Assembly: GCA_041752695.1 (NCBI GenBank)
Contig: JBGSVZ010000028.1
Location: forward strand, 1-64,000
DNA from: Terrimicrobiaceae bacterium
GTDB taxonomy: Bacteria > Verrucomicrobiota > Verrucomicrobiia > Chthoniobacterales > Terrimicrobiaceae
Length of the DNA: 64,000 nt
Reading direction: 5' to 3'
Part shown: piece by piece, positions 1 to 9,474 of the stretch
Position numbering within the stretch: the first letter of the stretch is position 1
Layout: the number at the start of each line of letters is the position of its first letter
Program-made: the position numbers and the translations under genes
Notes under the pieces: generated by a model
What the model was told of the DNA's origin: nothing
Database searches by the model: none
Seen by the model: the letters and a program-made list of their open reading frames with translations, nothing else

Positions 1-124
1 CGCCCCCTAACCCCCGGAGTTTTCGCTTTGGACGCAATGAGAATCCACAGATCACCACAACCAATAACAACACCTTTCCAAGCGAACCTCGCATAACCTA
101 TTTTACCGCTCTTTTGGTCGGAAA

Positions 125-340
125 ATGGGGTCCACCTCAAAGAGCCTCACGCCGGAAGCCGTGAAGGAGCCCTATCCGGCTTGGACGCTTTTCAATTCCG
201 CCCAAGGGCATGTGCCGATTGATCTGGACCTTTATGAAATCATATTCGGGAGCTCTTCCGAGGCCGTATCGGACGAAGATATCCAGAAGATCGTGGATTA
301 TCTCAAAGCAAAATATAGCATCGGGAAGGATGGAATCTGA
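125..340 (+). CDS. Probable C-terminal fragment of a secreted LamG/jelly-roll-like protein (possibly frameshifted)
   Basis: Tail DLYEIIFGSSSEAVSDEDIQKIVDYLKAKYSI resembles the EII...LSD...VEAYL..KY end of LamG-like domains. Its frame is closed upstream, while frame 3 is open from the window edge to ~164. Confidence 0.3.
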   Translation: MGSTSKSLTPEAVKEPYPAWTLFNSAQGHVPIDLDLYEIIFGSSSEAVSDEDIQKIVDYLKAKYSIGKDGI

Positions 341-498
341 TCATTCCAGTCCTGGTGTGTTCTCCAAGCCTCGGAAAACCGGAGAATCTGCTTTTATGGT
401 CGAAAATATCAAGGTTATGGTCGTTCCCGCAATGGACGCGGTGCTCTCTTGAGTCTATTTTTGTCATGTCAACTCCCCCCTCTCAAAACCCTCAAGAC

Positions 499-1899
499 AT
501 GAATTCAAAACTCACTTCCTCCCCGAAAAAACTTAAAAACCCCGGACACCTTGGCTGGATGGTCTCGGCGTCGTGTCTCGCGCTTGCGTCCGTGATACCA
601 TGTCAGGCCCAGTCCGTCTGGACAGGTGCCTCCGGCACGTGGAGTAGCAATGGCAGCCCGGGGTGGAATGGCACCGGTGTGCCGGTGGCGGGAACGACGG
701 TCAATTTGGGAAGCAGTGTGACCAAGACGGTGACTCTCGATGTGTCGGGTACGGCCGGCTCGTTGGCTTACGATGGTGCGGGGAACACAATTACGACCAT
801 GACGCTTACCAGCGGACTTACCTTTGATAACAACGGTTCAGCCTCGGCGTTGAGCAATACGAACACCAACGCAGGGACAAGCAATCGGTTAAGCATTGCC
901 GGGGGGACCATTACGTTGGCCAACGACCTGACGATCAGCAATTCTGGAAATTCCAGCAATACCAGCGGTGCCATCACGTTTTCCTCCACCGCCCTGATTG
1001 CAGGTAGCGGCGATCTGACGATTTCCAATGTCAGCAACAGCTTCGCAGCGGGAGCGATCACAATGGCTGGAGCCAGCACCTTCACCGGGTCGGTTCTCAT
1101 TCAGAAAGGTCTTCTCGGCTTCAGCTATTCCTCCGGCTCTTCATTCGGCAACAGCGCCAATGTGGTCACAGTCGGCCAGTCTGGCCAGGGTGATGCCTCG
1201 TTCATCAACACCTCCTCAAACAATACCGTTGGCAACAGCATCATCATTGCGGCGGGCAGCGGTGGCACGTCAGCGATTGGTTCAAGCAGCGGGGCCGCCA
1301 GTAACACGACTTTCGCCGGTACGATTCTTTTGAACGGAGGCGTGAGTCTGACCAGCAGTAAGAGCGCAAGCGCCGATGTTCGCTACACGAATGTCATCTC
1401 CGGGGTTGGCGGGGTCACCACTGTCGGCACGGGTGAGACTCAATTTGGCAATGGCTCGGCCAGCATCATCAATACCTACGAGGGCAATACAACGCTTGCT
1501 CAAACGAGCTTACTCGTGCTTTCAGACAACGCCAAGTTGACGTTTTATATCGACGGTTCAGGCGTGAACAACAAGATCACGGCTACCGGAGGGAACAACA
1601 ATGTCCTGACTCTGGACGGCGACTTCATCTTCGATCTCACCACCGCCAGCACGACCGTGGGATCCAATTGGTCGATTGTGGATGTGAGTTTGGTGAATGA
1701 GACCTTCAATTCCGCTTTTACGGTTGTTGATTTTGTCGCAGATGGCGGCGGCGTTCTTTGGACGAAGGATATCAACGGAACGAACTATTACCAATTCAGT
1801 GAGGCAACCGGGGTGCTTTCGGTGGTCCCTGAGCCGGGTGTTTGTGCGCTCGCTGGTGTCGGTCTTGCCTTGGTTCTTTTTCGCCGGCGCAAGCTCTGA
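499..1899 (+). CDS. PEP-CTERM sorting-domain surface protein, G/S/T/N-rich beta-strand repeat (autotransporter-passenger-like) body
   Basis: Signal peptide ending PCQA-Q, repeats such as NTYEGNTTL and STFTGSVLIQKG, C-terminal VPEPG + TM helix + RRRKL. Start placed at ATG 499. Confidence 0.9.
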   Translation: MNSKLTSSPKKLKNPGHLGWMVSASCLALASVIPCQAQSVWTGASGTWSSNGSPGWNGTGVPVAGTTVNLGSSVTKTVTLDVSGTAGSLAYDGAGNTITTMTLTSGLTFDNNGSASALSNTNTNAGTSNRLSIAGGTITLANDLTISNSGNSSNTSGAITFSSTALIAGSGDLTISNVSNSFAAGAITMAGASTFTGSVLIQKGLLGFSYSSGSSFGNSANVVTVGQSGQGDASFINTSSNNTVGNSIIIAAGSGGTSAIGSSSGAASNTTFAGTILLNGGVSLTSSKSASADVRYTNVISGVGGVTTVGTGETQFGNGSASIINTYEGNTTLAQTSLLVLSDNAKLTFYIDGSGVNNKITATGGNNNVLTLDGDFIFDLTTASTTVGSNWSIVDVSLVNETFNSAFTVVDFVADGGGVLWTKDINGTNYYQFSEATGVLSVVPEPGVCALAGVGLALVLFRRRKL

Positions 1900-1923
1900 G
1901 CAAACCGAGATGGTGACGTGGCA

Positions 1924-1961
1924 ACCGCTGTTTCCGGGGGGCAGCGGTGGCCTTCTTTCTT
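1924..1961 (+). terminator. Putative intrinsic terminator after the PEP-CTERM gene
   Basis: ACCGCTG...CAGCGGT stem followed by CCTTCTTTCTT. Confidence 0.45.
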
Positions 1962-1964
1962 AGT

Positions 1965-2744
1965 ATGCGTGGTCTGGGTCTCTCATCTTTGCGTGATGTC
2001 CTGTGTTCTCTGCCTGGGCATTTTTTACTTCTTGTGTTGACCGGCCAGGCCTCGCACGGGGAACCTCCTCCCCCCAGAGCGGAGGCCGAATATGTCGTGC
2101 TTGGGCCGAAAACGGATGGGGTGCTTGACGACGAAGTTTGGTCGAAAGCCCAGCCCATCACCGCGCCCGCGGGTGAGACACGCTTCCTTTGGAATCGAGA
2201 GGGCGTTTATGTGGCCTTCCGTGCTTCCGAAAAATCGCCGGTGATGGGCGGCAGTGCAGACGGGGAGTCTTTGCACGAAGAGGATGTTTTCGAACTTTTC
2301 GTGGACCAGCGGGGTGACCACCGCCAGTTTTATGAGATTCAGATCGATCCGGCGGGACGCGTCTTCCTGAAAAACCATATCCTCACCGCGGAGCCCCGCC
2401 TGACGCCCGACGGCCGGTTGGAACAGCCTTTCGTGGAATCGGAATTGTGGCGTTATGTCATTCCCCGGCCCGGGGGCATGCTGTCGGCCAGCCGGCTCGA
2501 TCCGAACACCGGCGAATGGACGGTGGAAATGTTTCTCCCGGCGGCACTTGTCAACAGCCGCGACGGTGGCGTCCCACTGAGCCCTGGGTCGTGGCTAATT
2601 CATCTCGTGCGCAATGAATGGGATAAAGCCAGGGGAGTTCCGGATCGCACGATTGTTTCGACTTCCTGGGCTCCGGTACTTGAAAAACATGCGCATATTT
2701 CTCCCACGCGCATGGGTTCGCTGGAGTTGAAGGAACGTGAGTGA
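1965..2744 (+). CDS. CBM9/DOMON-like carbohydrate-binding family protein
   Basis: DGVLDDEVWSKA, FLWNREGVYVAF, EDVFELFVD, FYEIQIDPAG, WTVEMFLP motifs typical of CBM9-like sugar-binding domains. Signal-like N-terminus. Confidence 0.75.
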   Translation: MRGLGLSSLRDVLCSLPGHFLLLVLTGQASHGEPPPPRAEAEYVVLGPKTDGVLDDEVWSKAQPITAPAGETRFLWNREGVYVAFRASEKSPVMGGSADGESLHEEDVFELFVDQRGDHRQFYEIQIDPAGRVFLKNHILTAEPRLTPDGRLEQPFVESELWRYVIPRPGGMLSASRLDPNTGEWTVEMFLPAALVNSRDGGVPLSPGSWLIHLVRNEWDKARGVPDRTIVSTSWAPVLEKHAHISPTRMGSLELKERE

Positions 2745-2773
2745 AGAATGGCGACAAGGTCGCTCTTTCCTCG

Positions 2774-3457
2774 CTAGGGAGGTCCTGGCCGGTAGTTCAA
2801 GGATTCCATGGCCTGTTTATGCTGGTTGTAGGCCGTGAGGAATGCTGCCGGAGGAGTTAGCGGCCCGGCTGGTGGGGGATTGTAGGTGTAGAGGCGAGTT
2901 GTTGCGCCGTCGGAAAACATCACCGGCAACTGATTTTCCAAGGAAAGAAAAGCGCGCAATTTTTGGCCGCCTCGCTCGGCTTCGAAAAGAAAGGCTGGCC
3001 TGCCCTGAAAGTTTTCGACGCCGCGGTAGCCTTCCATCGAAAGCCAGCTGAGTTCGGGGAAGTCCGAACGGCGCCTGTCGTAATACTCGGGATTGGGGTT
3101 TTCTTCGGTAGGCGGCACGATGAGAAAAACTGTGCCTACGGCATCGGAATGAAATTGGGTTCCGGCGAAATCCCAGCGTTCCACCTGCTTCCCCGTGGCG
3201 AGCTGGATTTGTTCGCGGGAGATGTCGTTGATCTTGGTCACCACGATGGATTGTGGAACCTCGCCAAGGTGACGCGGTACCGCATCGGGCTGGGGGGGCT
3301 TTTCCTCCCCGGCGTATTGAAAGGTTATGTTCCAGGAAGCCTTGGCGGGTGTTCTCGGCAGGAGCGGTTTGCGGGGTTCAGAGGGGGCGGGAGATTGAGC
3401 GATTAGGGATGGAAGAATTCCCAAAAAGGCTAAAAGAACGAAAAGCTGCGATGGCAT
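2774..3457 (-). CDS. Secreted hypothetical protein, last gene of the Verru_Chthon operon
   Basis: Signal peptide MPSQLFVLLAFLGILPSLIA. Starts 12 nt after the cassette A stop on the same strand. Confidence 0.75.
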   Translation of the reverse strand: MPSQLFVLLAFLGILPSLIAQSPAPSEPRKPLLPRTPAKASWNITFQYAGEEKPPQPDAVPRHLGEVPQSIVVTKINDISREQIQLATGKQVERWDFAGTQFHSDAVGTVFLIVPPTEENPNPEYYDRRRSDFPELSWLSMEGYRGVENFQGRPAFLFEAERGGQKLRAFLSLENQLPVMFSDGATTRLYTYNPPPAGPLTPPAAFLTAYNQHKQAMESLNYRPGPP

Positions 3458-3468
3458 GGTTGTGGTTG

Positions 3469-6400
3469 TTATTCCGAGACCGCCTCCCATTGCTCTGCGA
3501 TCACTTTTCCCGTGGAGCGGTCAATGGCAAGATGAACCCAGAAGCGGGTTTCGCCTTCGACGACAAATTGATTGAGGGAGGCGGTGTGACCTGGAAAGCG
3601 ACCCACCTGGGCGACCACATCAATAAGCAGATTCCAAGTGCGGGTGTTCCCTGCTTCGGTCAGAGCCCGGATGACGCCTTCGGTGCGGCGTGGGATGGAA
3701 GCGTCCGCTGCGGTCGGGAAAATACTTCCCGAAGTCAATCGGGATGCAAAGCCGCTGTAGGTGGTTTCTGGATTGAGAATCGGGCTCTGACTGCCGGTTA
3801 TGGTGGGAGGAGACGGGAAGGTGCCATTCGCGACAAATTTACCGACTATCTCGCTGCGATTACGCAACGGACCTTTCGTCAGAACCCCCGAGTTTGCGGT
3901 GGTCGTATCACTCGTCCAGGCGACGAGCGCACTGGCCGCGGCCTGAGCCTCGCCCGGGGACAATATTCCTCCTTCCGCCTTGGAAGCCCCGCTAATGAGG
4001 GCTTCGAGCACTTTGGGTTGACGGGTGTTGAGATTTACCCGTCCGGCGATGGTCACATCTGCCGGCGCATTGTCGAGTTCGGTCAGGCAAAAGGCGTCCA
4101 GCAGCGCGGCATCACCGCTTTCAGGCGAAAAAATATCCAGGTTTTTCCATGCGATATCCCGAAAGACGTAACCTAATTCGGCAACCGATCGGAAGGGACG
4201 GTTCAACACGACAGGGCGGCTGGCAAAATTTCCCGTGTAGAGAGGGAGGCCGTCGGCACCGAAAAAATTCCATCCCGAGCCCCGCCGGAAGACGCCATCC
4301 GGGTCAGTATAATAATACTTGGCTCCGGGAACGGCGTTGGCGGAGGTGCCGCTGTTGGGATTTCCATTCGGTGAACGGGCGAGGTTTGCCATCAGATCGC
4401 CCGGGTTCCATTTGCTGGGGTTCACCCATCCCGGCGCGGCCGGGCCGTTTGCGGTGCCTTGGGCTTTGTAGGACGAACTCGCGGAGGGTTTCCAGGTTAT
4501 GCCTTGAGGCAGATAATAGTGTGGGGCTTTGTTGTTGCCGAAAACATCCACGCCATTGGCGGGTAGTTCATTCAAGCCGGCGGGAACATCGGCGGGATTG
4601 GCGGAGGGCCAGGCCAGAAGATGAAACAACCCCCAGCGGTTGGTTCTAGGATCGGCTCGAAGTAGTGTGCGGAAAAAGCGGAGATTGGGTGCGGTGTCCG
4701 AATTGTCCACCGTGCTGAGGTTTGTTGAGCTGTTGAAGACATTGGGAATCACGTCGTAGGTGAACCACGAGCCGTCCTTTCTGTATTGCAGCGTCATTTT
4801 CAGATCGCCGTTGACCTGGCCGACCCCCAACCATCTCTGGGTGTCGTCGGTGCTGATTACCGGTCCGGTCCAGGCTTTGCCACAATAAAATCCGATTGCG
4901 GTGCTTGAACCTCCATCGGCCGCCATGAGGGCAGGGTCGGAAAAAGTAATCCGGCCCGCGGGATAGCCGGAATCGTTGGAAGCATTGCTGCCGACCGGAA
5001 AGTCCGGCGCTCGCAGCCGGAAAGGCTCCCGAAAGGCGGCGTCGCCCGCTCCGGTCGAAAATGTCAGGATGCTGGTGGAGGGGTTGATGCTTGCATAGGG
5101 AAAGCGGTAAAGCGAACCAACCGCCGACATGGAATTTGCAGACGCATAAGTGCTGCCGGCCGGGAAGGTATTTCGAAATTGTGTCGTGGTAGTGCCGGTC
5201 CACCAGTCTCGTCCCACCTGAGCGTAGCACTGAGCTGCGGAATCGCCCACGCCATGGGTGTTGCTGTCGGTGGCGCCCGCATAAATACGGAATTCTGTGG
5301 GAACACCCGGCGGATTCGCACGGGAGTCGGGGGCATGCGGATTCCAAATGATGGGTTGAATCATGACAGCGCTTTCATAGGGGAACACTACGCCAGTTGT
5401 GCCGCTGGAGTCGGAAGGCAGACGGGCGGGATCAATGTCCGATGCGGATAATTGCCTGAGCCGATACCACATCTGTTGCCAGCCGGCCAGGTAGGGGAGA
5501 TTTTCCACTCCGAAGAAGCTGCGATTCGCGAAAGAAATGTGCGTCGGGTAGCTGTCTTCATCATACTGGTCAATGATGTTGGCCGCGATTCGTGCGATCT
5601 GGCTCTGGGTTTCCCCATCATACATGCGCTGACTGGCCCCGGAGCCGATCCCAAGCTGGCCATGGGGCGTGGAGGCCGAACCCGACCCGTTATCGAGTCC
5701 GCCGAATTGTTTGCCCAAAGAATCCACGTGAATAACCGCCTTGAGGATTTCGAAAAAATCCGGCTCCCGGTCGGCCGGAACTTCGGAGAGGCGGTAGATC
5801 CTTGTCGAGTCCCCATGATCGTAAACCCAGCGGTTGTTCGAGCTGTCCCAAACCAGGCCAAAATACTCCTTTATTTTCGCTGCATTGGCGGAGGGATCAG
5901 CCAGGAGGGCAAGGCGGCTCAGAGGAAAGCGACGTTTGAATACCGGGTCGCCATTGGCATCGCAAACGGCCAGCAAGGTAGGGTTGATCCCGGCCTGGGC
6001 CGAGCCGTCCGCGCTGTGGGCATCGTTCCCATTTCCGATTGCGCCCACATCTCCCACATAGGGAGTCAGGGTATTTTTCGGCCGGTTCGGATCGGGTCGA
6101 AAAGACGGCTGCTCCAAGTCGCGCGAGAAAGTGCCGAGGTAACGCAGGGCGTTTTGCAGGGCGGCTTTTTCGCTGTCGTTGGAGGCCACACCCTGAATGA
6201 GAAATTGGATGAGTTGCTGGCGGCTGACGAACATCCTGTCGCTCTGTCCAGAGGTAAGGACGGAGTTGGCCGTGCGCAGAAAACCGGCGGTATTGGTCCG
6301 GGCAAAATCGAAATAGTTGGTCTGGGCGGTGGGACTGAAGGTGTAGTTCGGAAAGCTGCCGCTGGTGCCGCCGCTGACAAAGTCCCGCCATCCCACAATG

Positions 6401-7266
6401 GCGGCAATGGCATTGGTGCTCATGCCGGGGATGACGGAAAGGTCGGCGGTGGCGAGGCTGCCCTTGTCGGCGATGAGGTTGGTGGGGGATCCGGGGGGAA
6501 ATCCCGCGGCATTCATGTCGAGCAGGCCGCCTTCGTCGTAAATGGCATAAGCATAGCGACCGACGACGGTGCTGGCGTTGGTGGTATTCCAGCGAAGGTT
6601 ATTGTTCCAGGAGGTGGGATTGGAGCCGTCGCGTGCCATCAGGATCCAGTCTGGTGCAGTGAAGGTATTGGTGGGGGTGAGGTCGGTGGGGCTGTTGGTG
6701 TTGGCCTTGGCGAGGAGGAGGTGGGTGTTCCAGCGGTCGAGGCTGAAATAGCGGCCGTTTTGCGACGCATTGGTGGTGGAGAGGGTGGACGCACGATTTG
6801 CGGGGGGATGGGTCGCCGTGTCATAGTTCGTGCCGGAATAGAAGGCGTTTCCGGCTCGACTGACTTTAACGAGATTTTCGAGGCCGGCGTTGGTGGTGAA
6901 ACCCGCGGGGGCGGGCACCATCGTGACCGCGGTCGTTGGATAATAGACCGGATGGGCGGTATTGGTGGAAATATTGGTCGAGCCGGCGACGATTTCCTGC
7001 CTCAGGTCTCCGATGATGGTATTGACCGCCCCCTTGGCAAAAATCTCGGCCGCCGCCTGGTTGACGCTGGCCTGCGAAATTTGACGCTGGAGGGACGAGT
7101 AGGAAAAATAGGCCAGCACAAGCACGGTGAGCAGGACGACAAAGGCCAGGATGATGACCAACGAAGAAGCTCGGGCGGAGCGTTTCAGGGATGCGCCCAT
7201 CAGCCGAAGGGAGAAGAAGTCACGCGGACTAATCAGTCGCGAAAAATCGGGGGTTGGCGCTTTCAC
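3469..7266 (-). CDS. Verru_Chthon cassette protein A (large PilX/PilY-like minor pilin component)
   Basis: N-terminal ASSLVIILAFVVLLTVLVLAYF, GRYAYAIYDEGGLLDMN, RPFRSVAELGYVFR, GRVNLNT, C-terminal FVVEGETRFWVHLAIDR. 1265 aa. Confidence 0.85.
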   Translation of the reverse strand: MKAPTPDFSRLISPRDFFSLRLMGASLKRSARASSLVIILAFVVLLTVLVLAYFSYSSLQRQISQASVNQAAAEIFAKGAVNTIIGDLRQEIVAGSTNISTNTAHPVYYPTTAVTMVPAPAGFTTNAGLENLVKVSRAGNAFYSGTNYDTATHPPANRASTLSTTNASQNGRYFSLDRWNTHLLLAKANTNSPTDLTPTNTFTAPDWILMARDGSNPTSWNNNLRWNTTNASTVVGRYAYAIYDEGGLLDMNAAGFPPGSPTNLIADKGSLATADLSVIPGMSTNAIAAIVGWRDFVSGGTSGSFPNYTFSPTAQTNYFDFARTNTAGFLRTANSVLTSGQSDRMFVSRQQLIQFLIQGVASNDSEKAALQNALRYLGTFSRDLEQPSFRPDPNRPKNTLTPYVGDVGAIGNGNDAHSADGSAQAGINPTLLAVCDANGDPVFKRRFPLSRLALLADPSANAAKIKEYFGLVWDSSNNRWVYDHGDSTRIYRLSEVPADREPDFFEILKAVIHVDSLGKQFGGLDNGSGSASTPHGQLGIGSGASQRMYDGETQSQIARIAANIIDQYDEDSYPTHISFANRSFFGVENLPYLAGWQQMWYRLRQLSASDIDPARLPSDSSGTTGVVFPYESAVMIQPIIWNPHAPDSRANPPGVPTEFRIYAGATDSNTHGVGDSAAQCYAQVGRDWWTGTTTTQFRNTFPAGSTYASANSMSAVGSLYRFPYASINPSTSILTFSTGAGDAAFREPFRLRAPDFPVGSNASNDSGYPAGRITFSDPALMAADGGSSTAIGFYCGKAWTGPVISTDDTQRWLGVGQVNGDLKMTLQYRKDGSWFTYDVIPNVFNSSTNLSTVDNSDTAPNLRFFRTLLRADPRTNRWGLFHLLAWPSANPADVPAGLNELPANGVDVFGNNKAPHYYLPQGITWKPSASSSYKAQGTANGPAAPGWVNPSKWNPGDLMANLARSPNGNPNSGTSANAVPGAKYYYTDPDGVFRRGSGWNFFGADGLPLYTGNFASRPVVLNRPFRSVAELGYVFRDIAWKNLDIFSPESGDAALLDAFCLTELDNAPADVTIAGRVNLNTRQPKVLEALISGASKAEGGILSPGEAQAAASALVAWTSDTTTANSGVLTKGPLRNRSEIVGKFVANGTFPSPPTITGSQSPILNPETTYSGFASRLTSGSIFPTAADASIPRRTEGVIRALTEAGNTRTWNLLIDVVAQVGRFPGHTASLNQFVVEGETRFWVHLAIDRSTGKVIAEQWEAVSE

Positions 7267-8183
7267 AGGGGGTCGAGGGGGAAGCTTCGCTGGTAGATGC
7301 GGACTCGGGCGGCGGTGGCCGCGGGAATCCCGGCGTCGGAGGCAAATTGCGTGTTATTGTCAACCGCCCCTTGCCAGACTTCCGCGGGAAGCCTGCCGGC
7401 AGTCAGATCGGACTGGGTGGGGGTCGGTAGGGCGGCGGCGAGCTTGACGATGTCATTCAAAGGCCGGCGAGATTCCTCGTCGAGCACGGCGAGGGTCAGA
7501 ATGAGGGCGGAGGCATCCGCGAGTTTCCCCTTTATGGGATCGAAGGCGGGTGTTAGACTTAGGGATCCGTCCGTTTTCTGAAAGCAATAAAACAGGCGGA
7601 ACACTCCTTTGGCCAGGAGATGGTAGTTAGGATCGACACCATCGGCATGAACCGGGGTTGAGCCGACTGTCTGACCCCACACGCCAGGGATCGTGCTGGC
7701 GGTCAGAGGTGCGGAGTTGGTGGTGGGAGGTTGAGGGGCGTAAGTGAGGAAGGGGGGGGAGTCCCAAGTCAGACCCTTGCCTAGGCGTTCGAGTTGGGCT
7801 TCGTCGTTGACCCGATACCCCACCAGGGAGAGTTTGTTGAACTGCCGGACGTCACTGTTGGCCTGGAAGCCGGGTGCCTCGCTGTAAAAGAAAAGCGCAT
7901 TGTTGCTCGAGGACAGCAGCACATCGAGATCGGCGCGGCGCGGCTTGCGGGCAAGATCCATGCCGAATTGACTGAAGACCTCCCGCGCTTCGGCGTCGGC
8001 ACCGAGGTGTTTTCGACTGGCGGAAATCACGACGCTGCCGCTTTGCAGAATGCTTGCGATGAGAAGGACCAGGAGGGCGAGCACTGCGGTGGCAACCAGG
8101 ACTTCAATCAGAGTGAATGCCAGTGCGGCTCGTTGGGGGTCGGCGACCAATCGCGGGGCATTTTTTGGGGGGCGCGAGGGCAT
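7263..8183 (-). CDS. Verru_Chthon cassette protein C (prepilin N-methylation motif, PilW/GspJ-like)
   Basis: AFTLIEVLVATAVLALLVLL type IV prepilin motif. Overlaps gene A by 4 nt. Confidence 0.85.
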   Translation of the reverse strand: MPSRPPKNAPRLVADPQRAALAFTLIEVLVATAVLALLVLLIASILQSGSVVISASRKHLGADAEAREVFSQFGMDLARKPRRADLDVLLSSSNNALFFYSEAPGFQANSDVRQFNKLSLVGYRVNDEAQLERLGKGLTWDSPPFLTYAPQPPTTNSAPLTASTIPGVWGQTVGSTPVHADGVDPNYHLLAKGVFRLFYCFQKTDGSLSLTPAFDPIKGKLADASALILTLAVLDEESRRPLNDIVKLAAALPTPTQSDLTAGRLPAEVWQGAVDNNTQFASDAGIPAATAARVRIYQRSFPLDPL

Positions 8184-8207
8184 TGACCGGGAATGCGGAA
8201 ACAGGAG

Positions 8208-8696
8208 TTAATTTCGCCGAAGAGCGGTGATCACTTCCACCGATCCGGAGGCCTTGGATGGCCACGTGCCGGGTTGAGGATCCATCGCGGCGGGCCAAGT
8301 CACCTGGAGGCGGGCGAGGGTGGGAGCTGTTGAGTTGGCTGGCGGAGGTTGCAGGCCCACGCTTGCCCGAAAATACGACTCCGGGGTGGTGGCATTGCCG
8401 ACTGAACCCGTGGGTATTCCATCTTTGGTGAAAAAGACGGTTTGCGGCGAGGAGGAATTGGAGAAGGAAATGCCATAGGCGGCTGAAACCGCATTGGTGG
8501 GAGCGGTCGCGAGAAGGTCCGCGGAAACCGAGGAAAGAATACCCCACGCGGCGGTTTTTCCCACGGTGGTCTGCTCACTCGCCAGTCCGGTTTGCAGGAG
8601 GCCGACGATGGCGATGAGGCAAAAGGCCGCGACTCCGAGCGCGATGGAGATCTCCACCAGGGAAAATCCCTGAACTTCCCCGGCGTTTCGCTTCAT
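8208..8696 (-). CDS. Verru_Chthon cassette protein B (prepilin motif, PilV-like)
   Basis: GFSLVEISIALGVAAFCLIAIVGLLQTGL and LQVTWPA. Confidence 0.85.
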   Translation of the reverse strand: MKRNAGEVQGFSLVEISIALGVAAFCLIAIVGLLQTGLASEQTTVGKTAAWGILSSVSADLLATAPTNAVSAAYGISFSNSSSPQTVFFTKDGIPTGSVGNATTPESYFRASVGLQPPPANSTAPTLARLQVTWPAAMDPQPGTWPSKASGSVEVITALRRN

Positions 8697-9355
8697 GGGC
8701 GGTAGATCTTCGCGACTCCTGTGACCCCGTCAACCACCACGGCTGCGCAATCTGTCGAGGATCCAACGGCGCCGACGAGCCCGATTTCCATCCATTGCGG
8801 AACAGTGGTGGACCGGGATTGCACGCTGGCCATGCCCCGCGGGTCGAATTGGAGGATCTTGGTGAAAGTGACGCCGGACAGAATGAAGGAATCCTGCGCG
8901 AAAAATGCGTCGTTTGCGACTTGATAGCCGGACAACGCCACCGGCCGGCTCATCGCCCCAGAATTGGGAAGACCTTCTTCCAGGCGGACGGCGGGAAGCT
9001 TGCGCAAGCGGGTGAGAGGAGAAAGATTTGCCGCATCGAAGGTGCGGGAACCGTTCTTGGAGCCCATGGCGGCCATGACAATCTGACCTTGGCCCGTCTT
9101 GCCCGCATCAAGTTGATCGCGTTCCGCAAAGCCCACATAAACAAATGTGTTGTTAGCCATCGCATAGGCCCGTGCCTGCTCCAGGGTGCCGGCAATCTCA
9201 AAGGCGGCGGAGGAGAGGTTGCCTGTGCTTTTTAAACCATTGATGGCAGGAACGACCGCCGCCATCATGACCGTGATGACCGCCATGACTGCCAGGAGTT
9301 CAATTAGGCTGAAGCCAGCAGGCTGCCTGAGGGTTGAGGGAAACATTCGGCTCAT
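8693..9355 (-). CDS. Verru_Chthon cassette protein D (prepilin motif, FimT/GspH-like)
   Basis: GFSLIELLAVMAVI, LEQARAYAMANNTFVYVGF, QFDPRG, C-terminal GVAKIYRP. ATGA overlap with gene B. Confidence 0.85.
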   Translation of the reverse strand: MSRMFPSTLRQPAGFSLIELLAVMAVITVMMAAVVPAINGLKSTGNLSSAAFEIAGTLEQARAYAMANNTFVYVGFAERDQLDAGKTGQGQIVMAAMGSKNGSRTFDAANLSPLTRLRKLPAVRLEEGLPNSGAMSRPVALSGYQVANDAFFAQDSFILSGVTFTKILQFDPRGMASVQSRSTTVPQWMEIGLVGAVGSSTDCAAVVVDGVTGVAKIYRP

Positions 9356-9424
9356 TGGGGGCTTCGAGGATTTACAATGAATATACGGTCCGACCGATGT
9401 GCCACCATAGAAGAAACGCTCAAT

Positions 9425-9453
9425 AAATTGGCATTTTCGCCCATTATTGTCAA
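9425..9453 (-). promoter_or_regulatory. Candidate sigma70-type promoter for the Verru_Chthon operon
   Basis: Minus strand TTGACA-N17-CAATTT with TG extension, ~70 nt upstream of gene D. The -10 match is weak. Confidence 0.35.
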
Positions 9454-9474
9454 AAGCAGGGGGATCGGCGTTCG

